From Thermoproteota archaeon (GTDB lineage Archaea; Thermoproteota; Methanomethylicia; Methanomethylicales; Methanomethylicaceae): a DNA stretch of 64,000 nucleotides. This document shows positions 1-9,853 of the stretch, piece by piece (the stretch's first letter is position 1; the number at the start of each line of letters is the position of its first letter). Below the pieces are notes generated by a model. It did no database searches. It was not told the DNA's origin and saw only the letters and a list, made by a program, of their open reading frames with translations. A program made the position numbers and the translations under genes. The stretch lies in the NCBI GenBank assembly GCA_029887795.1, contig JARXPE010000002.1:8904-72903 (forward strand). The letters are read 5' to 3'.

Positions 1-1
1 A

Positions 2-742
2 TCATTCTGTGACACTCTGTTCTACCTCCTTTTCAACTAACCCGTCCTTCATCCAAAGGACTCTATGACAATGCCTTATGAGGTTTAGGTTGTGAGTGAC
101 CATTATAATTGTCACGCCCTTCTTATTTAAATTATGTAAAACCTCTATCACTTCCGCAGCGGACTTTGAATCTAAGTTGCCTGTCGGCTCGTCCGCTAGT
201 AGGATTTGTGGGTCGTTAGCAAGTGCTCTCGCTATGGCAACTCTTTGTTGTTGACCACCGCTCAACTCATTAGGTCGATTCTTCTCAAAGCCCTTCAGCC
301 CTACTATTGCGAGCAATTCCATGGCTCGAGCACGCCTCACCCTAGGAGACACTCCCGAGGCCACCATAGGCACTTCAACATTGTCGATGGCACTCATATA
401 TGGAATTAAATTGAAGGTTTGAAACACGAAGCCCAACTTTTTGTTGCGAAGCTCTGCCAGTTGATCACTTCTCAAGGATGAGATCTCCACCCCGTCGATT
501 ATCACTTTGCCCCTTGTGGGTCGATCAAGAGCCCCAAAGAGGTTTAGGAGGGTCGACTTGCCGCTTCCTGACGGACCCACGACAGCAACAAACTCTCCCC
601 TCCTAATTTGCATGTTAATGCCTCTGAGGGCAGGATACTCGACCTTGCCTAAGCGGTAGATCTTCCAAAGCTCTATAGCTACAATTACACAATCGGATAG
701 ATCCTTTTCTTTTTCAATGGGCTGGCTCTGAGCTACGCTCAA
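2..742 (-). CDS. ABC transporter ATP-binding protein (MacB/LolD-like)
   Basis: Walker A GPSGSGKST, ABC signature LSGGQQQRVAIARAL, Walker B LLADEPT. TTG start. A permease partner would lie beyond the window edge. Confidence 0.9.
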   Translation of the reverse strand: MSVAQSQPIEKEKDLSDCVIVAIELWKIYRLGKVEYPALRGINMQIRRGEFVAVVGPSGSGKSTLLNLFGALDRPTRGKVIIDGVEISSLRSDQLAELRNKKLGFVFQTFNLIPYMSAIDNVEVPMVASGVSPRVRRARAMELLAIVGLKGFEKNRPNELSGGQQQRVAIARALANDPQILLADEPTGNLDSKSAAEVIEVLHNLNKKGVTIIMVTHNLNLIRHCHRVLWMKDGLVEKEVEQSVTE

Positions 743-978
743 AAATTATCCTTCCTGTTGATAATATTTGTGTTGATATTGTACATCTTGTATAAAGATT
801 TCGGTGGTTTGTTTAACTTAATTTGATAATTTATCAGATAATGCACGCAAAAACTTCCAGCATTCAAACATCGCAGGAACGAATTTGCAAGTGATCAGAC
901 AACCGAAGAGTTCATTATATTAAGGAGCAGGCAATGATAATGGGTGTGATAACTGTTCGATGAGAAAGATGATGGTGT

Positions 979-1602
979 TTGGCTTTGCATGAGTTCGTTC
1001 TTTCATATGGCTATTTTGGGACATTCATCATATCGGTACTCGGCAATCTTATACCCTTCCTTCCAGTTCCATATCTTGTACCGATCTTTTTGCTCTCGGA
1101 AGTGCTCGAGCCTTTTTTTGTCGGCATCACAGTGGGCATCGGCGCCAGTCTCGGAAAATGTGTTTCCTACGCGATAGGAAGGGGAGGGCGGGCAGTTCTT
1201 GACGAGAAAAAGAAGAAGGAACTCGAATGTTTTGGCAATCTGCTGGGAAAATATGGTGCCGTAGCAGTCTACTTATTTGCATCCCTGCCCCTCCCGGACG
1301 ACATAATTGTGATGCCGTTCGGAATCATAAAGTACAACTTCAAAAGGTTCTTTTTGGCTTTGTTGTTAGGAAAATTGACATTAGGGATGCTTGTCGCTTA
1401 CACTGCAAGATACTCATTCGAATACGCAAAGATCTTTATCGGAAATGGAGATCCGTTGCCCACAATAATAGTGTCGGTCGTATTTATGCTAATCATGACA
1501 TGGGTAATATACAAGATCGATTGGATTGAGGCAACACAGTATATCGAAAAGAACGGTGTGGTAGCATACATAAAGTTCATGATGAGCAAAAGATCAAGAT
1601 GA
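979..1602 (+). CDS. DedA/VTT (SNARE-associated) family membrane protein
   Basis: 207-aa polytopic protein whose N-terminus (GYFGTFIISVLGNLIPFLPVPYLV) is typical of the DedA/TVP38 family. TTG start, exact start uncertain. Confidence 0.7.
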   Translation: MALHEFVLSYGYFGTFIISVLGNLIPFLPVPYLVPIFLLSEVLEPFFVGITVGIGASLGKCVSYAIGRGGRAVLDEKKKKELECFGNLLGKYGAVAVYLFASLPLPDDIIVMPFGIIKYNFKRFFLALLLGKLTLGMLVAYTARYSFEYAKIFIGNGDPLPTIIVSVVFMLIMTWVIYKIDWIEATQYIEKNGVVAYIKFMMSKRSR

Positions 1603-1717
1603 AAAACGTTTGAGATGACTTATCAGAAAAGCAATAATGCCACTTAATTTGTGTTTTTGGGTAATGGATGATTAACTTTTAAAACACAGAAACATAGAAG
1701 CTATTCGGCGAGGGTGC

Positions 1718-2404
1718 TTGAAGGTCACACTTTTGTCATTTACGCCAGATCCAGAGAGGGTTGTTGCAGCCTCTGCCAGGCAGTGCTATTCAAAATTCAG
1801 TGCAACAAGGGCTCTAAGGGATCTTACTGACGCGGACATCCAAAGATTGCTGAAAAAGGTAATAGAGAGCGGACATCACTCCGTTCTGGAACACGCCAGC
1901 TTCACCTTTGCGATAGAGGGGATCTCCAGGGCCTGCAGCCATCAATTGGTTCGGCACAGGATAGCCTCATACTCTCAGCAGAGTCAGAGGTACGTAAAGC
2001 TAGACGAGATAGATTTCATTATCCCAGAGAGTATCAACAGGGACGATAAACTCAGAAGTGAGTTTTATGAAGCTTTAGAACTCTGCAAAACTTGTTACAA
2101 AAAACTTCTTGAAGAGGGCGTGCCGGCTGAAGATGCAAGGTATGTCCTGCCTCAGGCAACGCCCACTAAGATCGTAGTTACCATGAATGCCAGATCTCTT
2201 ATGAACTTCTTTGAGCTGAGGTGCTGCCTCTCTGCTCAGTGGGAGATAAGAAGGCTGGCGGAGGAGATGTTGTCTCTAGTTAAACAAGTTGCTCCACACA
2301 TCTTCGAGAATGCAGGACCATTCTGTGTAACGAGAAAAGTTTGTCCGGAGAAGAAGTATGAGTGCCCAAAATGGATAGAACTGTATAAAAAATCAACTGT
2401 ATAA
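1718..2404 (+). CDS. thyX: Flavin-dependent thymidylate synthase ThyX
   Basis: ThyX signature RHRIASYSQQSQRY (RHRX7S) and typical length of 228 aa. Confidence 0.92.
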   Translation: MKVTLLSFTPDPERVVAASARQCYSKFSATRALRDLTDADIQRLLKKVIESGHHSVLEHASFTFAIEGISRACSHQLVRHRIASYSQQSQRYVKLDEIDFIIPESINRDDKLRSEFYEALELCKTCYKKLLEEGVPAEDARYVLPQATPTKIVVTMNARSLMNFFELRCCLSAQWEIRRLAEEMLSLVKQVAPHIFENAGPFCVTRKVCPEKKYECPKWIELYKKSTV

Positions 2405-2475
2405 TAAAAACTAAAAAGGCAGCATTGGTCTTGGCATCGCTCATTAAACATTAATATTCAGTCATTCATCATCTA

Positions 2476-3147
2476 TCAAGTAAATAGTGCTTTCACGGCT
2501 TCTAATGACCCTTCTTTCACAATTAGTTCTAATACATAATCAGGTTGTATTTTGAGAGAGGGATCGACCGGGATGTATCGATCGTTTTTATCCTTCGCCC
2601 GTAATATCATCCATTCGCTCTTGAGGGGAAGCTCGCTTATTTGCATGTTGACGACGGGAGCGTTTTTTCCAACTTTTACCCTCACCCTCTTTATCCCAAG
2701 GCTCTGATAGGACTGAGGTAATGCCCCATCTTCATATTCTATTGGTCTTCCTTCTTTAGTTATCTGGAGGATTTTCTCGGCGGCAGCCTCCTCGGGGCAT
2801 ATCGTATGGGTTATCCCTAACTTCCCCGCGATTTTAGAAAGGCGAGGGTCACTCACCCTTGCGATTACTTTTTGGATGCCCAGATCCTTTGCCAGCAAAC
2901 AGCCCAATATGTTCTTTTCGTCGTTCCCCGTGACCGATATGAAGATTTCATATTCCTTAATGTTCATGTTGCTGAGATCGTCTATGTCTGTTATGTCTCC
3001 CTTGAAAACGAGGACATCAAATTCGTTGGAAATCTCCTTACATCTCTCCTCGTCTATATCAACTACCGCTACCTCATTTCCGTTTTCCTTCAATTCTCTT
3101 ATTAGGATTTTTCCAGTCCTTCCCGCACCAGCAATTATTACCTTCAT
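2476..3147 (-). CDS. trkA: Trk potassium uptake NAD-binding subunit TrkA
   Basis: Rossmann motif IIAGAGRTG at the N-terminus followed by a TrkA-C-like domain. Divergent from trkH. Confidence 0.85.
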   Translation of the reverse strand: MKVIIAGAGRTGKILIRELKENGNEVAVVDIDEERCKEISNEFDVLVFKGDITDIDDLSNMNIKEYEIFISVTGNDEKNILGCLLAKDLGIQKVIARVSDPRLSKIAGKLGITHTICPEEAAAEKILQITKEGRPIEYEDGALPQSYQSLGIKRVRVKVGKNAPVVNMQISELPLKSEWMILRAKDKNDRYIPVDPSLKIQPDYVLELIVKEGSLEAVKALFT

Positions 3148-3233
3148 GAAGGAATACCTTTTATAGACTAATATTATTGAATTGCTGTAAATAAACCATA
3201 GGATAAAAATCTTGTGTCAGTAGGGGATCAGTC

Positions 3234-4673
3234 ATGAATGATAATGCGCATGAAGTCCTATCAGGTTTCGTCGGTCTATTGTTGGTCACGGGCATTATAA
3301 TCATGATCCCCTCTTTCCCGGCGCTACTTTATTCCGAATATCCGGTGCTACCATTCTTCCTAATACCAGGTATAATCGCGATCAGTTTAGGACTGTATCT
3401 TGGGATCAAATATCCACTAGTTGAAGAGTTCTCTATCAGGGGCACCATAATAATAGCCTGTGCCGGGTGGCTCTTTATCTCCGCTATTGGCACAATCCCA
3501 TTTTTGGGTATTGGTATGCATCCATTAGATGCTTTTTTTGAGTCGATCTCGGGTTTTACGACAACTGGAATGACTTTGCTCGTTAGTCTAGAGACCTGCC
3601 CAAGGTCAATTCTCTTTTGGCGGAGTCTATCTGAATGGGTTGGAGGGGTAGGGGTGATTTTGCTTTTTACCATACTGCTGCGAGGAGGGATGAGCACATG
3701 GCGCCTCTATACGCTCGAGGGCAGGGAGAAGTTCACTCCTAGTGTCAAATCTAGTGTTAGAAACATTCTTTTAATTTACTTGTCACTGACGACAATTTGT
3801 GCAATCGTACTCTACTTTTGTGGTCTGGACCTTTTCGACTCAATTAACCATGCAATGACCGCCCTTGCCACTGGAGGGTTCTCCACAAGAACCGGAAGCA
3901 TAACAGATTTCGATGTTTCAGTAAAGATCGCCCTTATGATATTCATGATCCTTGGTGCGACAAGTTTTGTGCTATTCTACAATCTGATAAAATTCGAGGT
4001 CAGAAAAGTGATAGGGGATGTAGAGTTCAAAACCATGCTTTTCATGATCTTTTTGGGAGGGCTTGTCGCATCGGTATCATTGTTAGTATTCCAAAATTCG
4101 CCTCCCACGGGCTTTGTTGATGGGTTCTTCAACGTCGTATCCATAGTCACTACCACAGGGTACACTAGTGGTGACATATCAGTATGGCCAAACTTAACAA
4201 AGGTCCTTCTTCTAATCTTCATGATCCTTGGGGGGAGCGCAGGATCTACGGCGGGAGGAATAAAGTTATGGCGGGTAATCGTACTATTCCGCTTGGTCAA
4301 GAGAGAGGTGCAAAAGCTTACTCTTCCACACTCTGCCGTGATACCAATTAAAATAGGCGGGAAACCCCTTGATGATGAATACGTGATGAAGATAGTGGCG
4401 CTCTTCACGGCATATTTCTTATTCCTATTTGTTGAGTTCTTGCTCCTTAGTTTATCCGTTCCAGACCTCTTTGGTGCTTTCTCGTTAGCGGTTTCTTCTC
4501 TGAGCAACATCGGTCCAGCCTTCTACCCGGTTGACTTGCTCGACCCGTTCTCCAAAATAGTTCTTATATTCGGGATGTGGTTTGGGAGGCTAGAACTTCT
4601 TCCCGTTATGGCTTTTATACTCAAAGAACTTCCGTTGACGTTTAAAGAATACATCAAAGGGAGAGCCGAATAA
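3234..4673 (+). CDS. trkH: Trk/Ktr potassium transporter membrane subunit TrkH
   Basis: 479-aa polytopic protein with repeated selectivity-filter-like motifs (SGFTTTGMT, ATGGFSTR, VTTTGYTSG, GSTAGGIKL). Confidence 0.88.
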   Translation: MNDNAHEVLSGFVGLLLVTGIIIMIPSFPALLYSEYPVLPFFLIPGIIAISLGLYLGIKYPLVEEFSIRGTIIIACAGWLFISAIGTIPFLGIGMHPLDAFFESISGFTTTGMTLLVSLETCPRSILFWRSLSEWVGGVGVILLFTILLRGGMSTWRLYTLEGREKFTPSVKSSVRNILLIYLSLTTICAIVLYFCGLDLFDSINHAMTALATGGFSTRTGSITDFDVSVKIALMIFMILGATSFVLFYNLIKFEVRKVIGDVEFKTMLFMIFLGGLVASVSLLVFQNSPPTGFVDGFFNVVSIVTTTGYTSGDISVWPNLTKVLLLIFMILGGSAGSTAGGIKLWRVIVLFRLVKREVQKLTLPHSAVIPIKIGGKPLDDEYVMKIVALFTAYFLFLFVEFLLLSLSVPDLFGAFSLAVSSLSNIGPAFYPVDLLDPFSKIVLIFGMWFGRLELLPVMAFILKELPLTFKEYIKGRAE

Positions 4674-4683
4674 GTCCGAATTC

Positions 4684-5169
4684 TTATCTAATTGTCTGCG
4701 ATCTCAGACGTGCCTCGCGCCTCTTTTGAGCCTCAATGAACCGTCTCTTCTCATCTTCGGTCTCGGGTATTAGCCTGGGCACCCTTTTTGGTTTTCCATT
4801 CTCGTCGAGCGCCACCATGGTGCAGTAGGCAGACGCGGCATGGACTGTTTCGCCTGTTCGAGGATTCTCTGCTTCGACACGAACTCCGACCTCCATTGAG
4901 GTATTACCAACGTAGTTAACAGATGCCTTGAGTATTAAGAGATCGCCAACACGAACCGGTTTGTGAAAGTCCATTCTATCCATCGAGGCGATCACTACAT
5001 TAGAACGAGCATGTCGCATAGCTACTGCTGCCGCAATCTCATCTATGTACCTTACAATAGCGCCACCAAAAACATTTCCAGCAGGGTTCGCGTCCGAAGG
5101 AAACATCCAACGGACGGATGTTAAGGCTGAGTCGCTAACTTTTCTAGCTTCTTCAACCATGGATGACAC
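4684..5169 (-). CDS. Acyl-CoA thioesterase (hotdog fold, YciA/BFIT-like)
   Basis: NVFGGAIVRYIDEIAAAVAMRH and the MDRMDFHKPVRVGD core are typical of acyl-CoA hydrolases. Confidence 0.8.
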   Translation of the reverse strand: MSSMVEEARKVSDSALTSVRWMFPSDANPAGNVFGGAIVRYIDEIAAAVAMRHARSNVVIASMDRMDFHKPVRVGDLLILKASVNYVGNTSMEVGVRVEAENPRTGETVHAASAYCTMVALDENGKPKRVPRLIPETEDEKRRFIEAQKRREARLRSQTIR

Positions 5170-5317
5170 CTAAACAATGATGAGTCCACATCCTTAAATA
5201 TTTAGTTTTTCAACCTCAAGAGCAGCACCCTCTAATTAACCCACGCCAGATCTCTTTCTGAGGACCGCGGATCTTTTTGAGAACCAAACATCGCTTTCCC
5301 AACTCTAGGGAATGGTA

Positions 5318-6625
5318 CTAGAGCGGGGCTTGGGTAAGTCTGCATACCTCATGCCATGAGTCGTCCAACTTCAAATGCCCTATTACAAGTGTCGCAACCT
5401 CACAATCAATAGGTGTTAAGGCGACCATCTTTTTGGATTCGTAATCAATATGCGAGATGATCCCTAGCCCGGCAAAACCACCGTCTGGGGAAATCAGACC
5501 CAACATAATCCCTTTCTCGAAACCCTTAGGCATGATTATTATATCATTCATTCCCGTGATCTCTCTAAGCTTATTTATTTCCATAGGATCGGCTTCTCTC
5601 TCTGTGACTAAAAACAGGAAATCGTCGCCCAATTCTCCATAAAGAAGCCTTAATCGTAGCTGTTTCTGAATATCTTCCAGCAAGGTCGAGGGCATGATCC
5701 TACCATAGGTGTAATGTCCGTTTAAGAGCGGGGTTTCTATTAGATTAAATACTCTGGCCTTACTTTTTGCAAAATAGCTTTGATATGCATCCTCACGCCT
5801 ACTCTTCCTTTCCTCCCTGCTTCTAACCCTCGATGCCGGGGAGGTTGAGATTTTAAGAGTTTTTATAAATTTAAAATGGTCCAAAACCGTGATCAGAGGC
5901 GCTAGTTCCGACCCTTTCTGAATGATGACCAAAAAGTCTGGCGCTATGGATTGGATTAAGGATATTTTAAAATCTCTGGCCCTCCTACCTGAAACCCAGC
6001 CACATGTGTTTATAATAACAAGGTTTGCTCCTTTGGCAAAAGCTTTATCCACTAAGGCTCGAGCGCCTATTATTATACGCATCTGCGAATCTAGATCTGA
6101 AGGAGTTGTTGAGCCCACAAAACGCATGTCTTCTGAAGGAATGTTGTTTAGAGAAATTATGCCACTCTTTAAAATTCCGAGCCCTATTGTTGTAGGAGGG
6201 GAGATCTCCCCCTGTCCCGGGTCAGCGTCTACTACAGCTACTTCGAGACCGCGATCAAACCCCATATTAGATAAATAAACCGCGAATGTGGTTTTTCCGC
6301 TGTCTACACCTCCAATGATCATTACTTTTAAAGGTGCCTTGCTATTCAAAATAGTCTCAACGGCAGTCTTCCAATCATTTGGTATTGCGCCCACAAACTC
6401 ATTGATACTCGCGCCAGAACCAGGTCTAATTTCAATAATGGATTCTGATTCTACCTCTAAGGGTGCCGATTTGCCCTTTGGGACGATCATTTCTTCACCG
6501 GCCACAACCCTTTTGCCCAATAGAAAGGATTTACCATCATGAAGAGCAATAAATGCAGGACCGTTTATTAGAAAAGAACTCCCACGATTGCACTTCATGA
6601 GAGGCAATTGACCACCATCCTGCAT
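5318..6625 (-). CDS. Clp1/Grc3-type P-loop polynucleotide 5'-kinase homologue
   Basis: Central P-loop IIGGVDSGKTTF followed by VVDADPGQGEISPP. The N- and C-terminal flanking domains resemble archaeal Clp1 homologues. Confidence 0.7.
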   Translation of the reverse strand: MQDGGQLPLMKCNRGSSFLINGPAFIALHDGKSFLLGKRVVAGEEMIVPKGKSAPLEVESESIIEIRPGSGASINEFVGAIPNDWKTAVETILNSKAPLKVMIIGGVDSGKTTFAVYLSNMGFDRGLEVAVVDADPGQGEISPPTTIGLGILKSGIISLNNIPSEDMRFVGSTTPSDLDSQMRIIIGARALVDKAFAKGANLVIINTCGWVSGRRARDFKISLIQSIAPDFLVIIQKGSELAPLITVLDHFKFIKTLKISTSPASRVRSREERKSRREDAYQSYFAKSKARVFNLIETPLLNGHYTYGRIMPSTLLEDIQKQLRLRLLYGELGDDFLFLVTEREADPMEINKLREITGMNDIIIMPKGFEKGIMLGLISPDGGFAGLGIISHIDYESKKMVALTPIDCEVATLVIGHLKLDDSWHEVCRLTQAPL

Positions 6626-6801
6626 TATTTTAAATAGGATTTATCCATTTATCTAAAGTTAGCCCTTGTTAGACTGGCAGACGATATTAATTACTCCCCG
6701 TGTCCATCAAAAATGATAGTAAATATCCTTAAATTTCAGATTTGTTGGAAAGAAAATAGCCCTAATGTGAATATTACATATTGCGAAAGGCTGGGTACTA
6801 T

Positions 6802-7257
6802 ATGGAAAATGAGGACCCTTTTGAAGAGATCGCAAAAAACATACTCACAATTCTCAAAGAGAAGGGCGGTCGAGCAGACTTTTCAGAACTTGAGAAATGG
6901 GCAGAGCTTACTAATTTGGGAAAATATACGCTTAGAACCGTAGTTAACGAGATGATCAGTAGTGCGAGGCTTAAGGCACCCGAGGGTTTTTATGATGCTG
7001 AGACAGAGATCGAGCCCCCAATTCCAAAAGTAGTTGAATTGCCAAAGTTCTCCCCTGCCGAGCTAGAGAAGCTAAAGGATTACCTACGCGAATATCACAG
7101 CGTTGGCTTACTGAGGTTGTTTGAGGACTTGAGCAGAGCAGGACTTAAAGAGATAAACGAGATGCTCAAGGAAGTCATTGAGGGGGGTTACGCCGAACTC
7201 ACACCCTCAGGAGTAGTTAATGCCACAAAAAAGTTAATTGCTGAACGAAAACGCTAA
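6802..7257 (+). CDS. Hypothetical protein, possibly two winged-helix-like modules
   Basis: ORF with coding-like composition. ATG at 6802 is preferred over the TTG at 6781. No family recognised. Confidence 0.5.
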   Translation: MENEDPFEEIAKNILTILKEKGGRADFSELEKWAELTNLGKYTLRTVVNEMISSARLKAPEGFYDAETEIEPPIPKVVELPKFSPAELEKLKDYLREYHSVGLLRLFEDLSRAGLKEINEMLKEVIEGGYAELTPSGVVNATKKLIAERKR

Positions 7258-7447
7258 CTTCCTAAAATTCACGTCTTTTGTTTCAAAAGTGTTTCAATTT
7301 TCCAATTTTGGCCAGTCCTGCGCTCTTATGTGTTAGCGCAAGATCCATTCGTCCCTTTCATGTTACAAAAATTAATTTATTGCCCTCCACGGGTATGTGA
7401 GGCAAAAAATAAAGGGTGCCGGAAACTAAATTTGCACGTGATTAAAA

Positions 7448-7780
7448 ATGGCAGAGAAAACCGACGAGAAAACAATCGGGATATTCAACGGGACCGCAAA
7501 GATAGGAGAGATCCTAGCAGGCTTCTCCCAATTGACCCTCACGCCGCAGGACATGACGAGCCCAGTTGCTCTGCAAATGGCCATAAGTAGGATTTACGAG
7601 GCGATGACGAAAGCAATAGCTTCAGGACCAAAAAAGAAGTATGTTGCCGAGGTACGGTTTACGGACTCTTTGGGCAATCCCGTAGTCTTAGCATTGGACC
7701 TTGGCGAAAGGATGCCACCCTTCACCAACAAAGAAGTCAGGGCGAGGATTCTTATCGAGCTCTTCGAAGATCCTCAATAA
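7448..7780 (+). CDS. Hypothetical protein (110 aa)
   Basis: ATG-initiated ORF in an otherwise empty interval. No recognisable motif. Confidence 0.5.
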   Translation: MAEKTDEKTIGIFNGTAKIGEILAGFSQLTLTPQDMTSPVALQMAISRIYEAMTKAIASGPKKKYVAEVRFTDSLGNPVVLALDLGERMPPFTNKEVRARILIELFEDPQ

Positions 7781-7801
7781 CTTATGTCAATTTTCCTCAC
7801 A

Positions 7802-8437
7802 CTAAAGAAGTCTGGGGAGCAGCTCCCTAAGGTCTTTTATGAACCTCCTTCCTTTTTTCTTGCCCTCCCTGTCTAGGTAGAAAGCAAGTATGCCTGCCTT
7901 CCTAGCTTTAACATAGTCTAGTTCCATGCTGTCGCCGACATGGGCCATCTGGGATGGTGTGGTTGAGAGGAGTCTGCAGATCTCGAGGTATGCCTGAGTG
8001 TCCTTCATCATTTTAAGGTCTGAAAGGGTCGAGTATATGTGCTTGAAGTAGCGCTGAAGGGGTCTCGTGGTTATGTCTAAAAAAAGCCTAGAAGAGTTAG
8101 ATATTATTACGAGCTCATAGAAATCCTTGAGCTTCTCAAGGACTTCGATCACCTCAGGATAGAGCGTAACTGCGTCCTTATACTGATTTACGAAAGACTT
8201 CGGATCTATCTTCAACCTATACCTTTTTACCCAGTACTCGAGGTCATACCACTCTGGTCTGTTGGGACCTATGGTGTTGTAATCGTTGTAGAGCATCTTC
8301 TTTGCATCCTCCAATTGAATTCCCCACTCCTCTGAAACCACCTGCGGTAATGCTTCGAGCCAAACAATATCAGCAAAAGAAGGTGTGACTAGAGTTCCGT
8401 CAACGTCAAACGATACAAATCTGATTCTTCTCCTCAT
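7802..8437 (-). CDS. HAD-superfamily hydrolase
   Basis: Motif I FDVDGTLV near the N-terminus and GDS..D motif region near the C-terminus. Confidence 0.8.
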   Translation of the reverse strand: MRRRIRFVSFDVDGTLVTPSFADIVWLEALPQVVSEEWGIQLEDAKKMLYNDYNTIGPNRPEWYDLEYWVKRYRLKIDPKSFVNQYKDAVTLYPEVIEVLEKLKDFYELVIISNSSRLFLDITTRPLQRYFKHIYSTLSDLKMMKDTQAYLEICRLLSTTPSQMAHVGDSMELDYVKARKAGILAFYLDREGKKKGRRFIKDLRELLPRLL

Positions 8438-8530
8438 AAAACCACCACGAAGGCACTGGATTTATTATACATGTTTAATGTTGAAGGTGGACATCAATAT
8501 AAAAATAAAAAATGAGCTTTGCGTGTCCAG

Positions 8531-9313
8531 TCATGGCGGACTTGGAGGCGGAGGCGGGGGTGGTGGAGGGGCTGAAGAGGGGGCGGGAGTCGTAGTTGGA
8601 GGTGACGTTGGTGGCTGTCCAGCGGTTTGCTGTGTAGTTGGAACACCCACAGCTGAATCATACATTAACCCGATGCTCCTTGCAAGGAATATCAACAATA
8701 TTATTCCCAGCAGATCTGATATGATCCCTCCTATAAGGGGTATCATGTTAAATGCGCCCACGATTGTACCAAGAACAGCAGCCACCACCATCCAGAATAG
8801 GTATCTGAGAAGACCGATCTTGCCCACTATATTTAGCAGTTCGCTCACCGCAAATGCCTTGCCGAAAGATCCTGTTTTGAACATATGGACTATTCCAATG
8901 CCTGCCAGTATGAAGATCGCGAAGGCTATGACGAACATTAGGAGTACCAGGACGAAAGACGTGAACCTTAGGAGTGCGGTGGGTTGCGTCATGTATGTCA
9001 TCATATGCTCCCAACGCATAATACTGAAAACGGGGATGAATGTGAATAGAAATATAATTATGACAGGGATAGACCATATCAGAGCCGCCACGAAGACCTT
9101 AAGTCCGTCAACAAAAAGTGCCCAAAATTCAGAGAGCCTCGGAGGTGCTTGAGAATCGGGGCGGTCCTTTATGACCCTTCCATAGTATCCAATTGCAATT
9201 AAATTTACAACAGGAATTATGGATACTACCAAGAGTATCAGTAGGTCGCCAAACCTTGACAAAATTGCCTTAGTATAGTCTGCAGCTTTTGAAAAAATTT
9301 CAGAGAGGCTCAT
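8531..9313 (-). CDS. DUF4013-like polytopic membrane protein with Pro/Thr-rich C-terminal tail
   Basis: The N-terminus (DLLILLVVSIIPVVNLIAIGYYGRVI) resembles DUF4013. The C-terminus is QPPTSPPTTTPAPSSAPPPPPPPPPSPP. Confidence 0.65.
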   Translation of the reverse strand: MSLSEIFSKAADYTKAILSRFGDLLILLVVSIIPVVNLIAIGYYGRVIKDRPDSQAPPRLSEFWALFVDGLKVFVAALIWSIPVIIIFLFTFIPVFSIMRWEHMMTYMTQPTALLRFTSFVLVLLMFVIAFAIFILAGIGIVHMFKTGSFGKAFAVSELLNIVGKIGLLRYLFWMVVAAVLGTIVGAFNMIPLIGGIISDLLGIILLIFLARSIGLMYDSAVGVPTTQQTAGQPPTSPPTTTPAPSSAPPPPPPPPPSPP

Positions 9314-9422
9314 AACAATCTTAAAAAGATTGACTAAACGACTATATAAACATCTTCCCTAGTAGGCCTGAAATGTAAGTATAAAAAAAGGAAAAGGCTA
9401 TCAAATTAGGTTTGTACTTTTT

Positions 9423-9746
9423 CTACTTCTTTGTTGATAGCTTTATCTCTATAGTTGAGACGTTTCTGGGTGGTTCGCCGATCAGTTCGGTGCCTATCGC
9501 TACGTCCTTGACAACGGCATCGCCGCTCAGGAACCTCTTGGAGACCACCTCGGCTACATCAACTGCAGCAGAGATAGCCCTTCCCCTTGCCTTGATGGTT
9601 ATCTCGCCACTTTCCTTTAGCTGCATTAGGGCTGCCATAGCATAGCTCATGATTGGTTTCTTGCCCACCAAGATAACGTCTCTAGGCATAGCTTGCCTTT
9701 CCTTTGGTTGTGCTTCCTTCGCTGGTTCTTCAGCCACATTGTTCAC
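9423..9746 (-). CDS. albA: DNA/RNA-binding protein Alba
   Basis: ILVGKKPIMSYAMAALMQL...ITIKARGRAISAAVDVAEVV is a typical Alba core. The GTG start follows GGAGG. An alternative ATG (MPRDVIL) lies 19 codons downstream. Confidence 0.9.
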   Translation of the reverse strand: MNNVAEEPAKEAQPKERQAMPRDVILVGKKPIMSYAMAALMQLKESGEITIKARGRAISAAVDVAEVVSKRFLSGDAVVKDVAIGTELIGEPPRNVSTIEIKLSTKK

Positions 9747-9853
9747 CTCCGAAAGCGATGTTAGTAGAATAAAATAGGCGTCACACCTTTTTAAGCCTTA
9801 GCAATGAAAAGAAAAGTCTTAAACCAAAATATGACAAATAATTAGTGGGAAAT

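Noticed and set aside
5170-5270. C/D-box sRNA-like elements (ATGATGA at about 5177 and CTGA at about 5259). Similar ATGATGA occurrences lie near 18126 and, on the minus strand, near 2465.
   Set aside because: Box spacing is too long (about 85 nt) or D, C' and D' boxes and a terminal stem are missing. They are most likely chance matches near gene starts.
8385-9152. 255-aa plus-strand ORF with a poly-Gly stretch.
   Set aside because: It is fully antisense to the well-supported DUF4013-like membrane gene. The Gly run is the complement of the Pro codons, and the sequence is low complexity with no motif.
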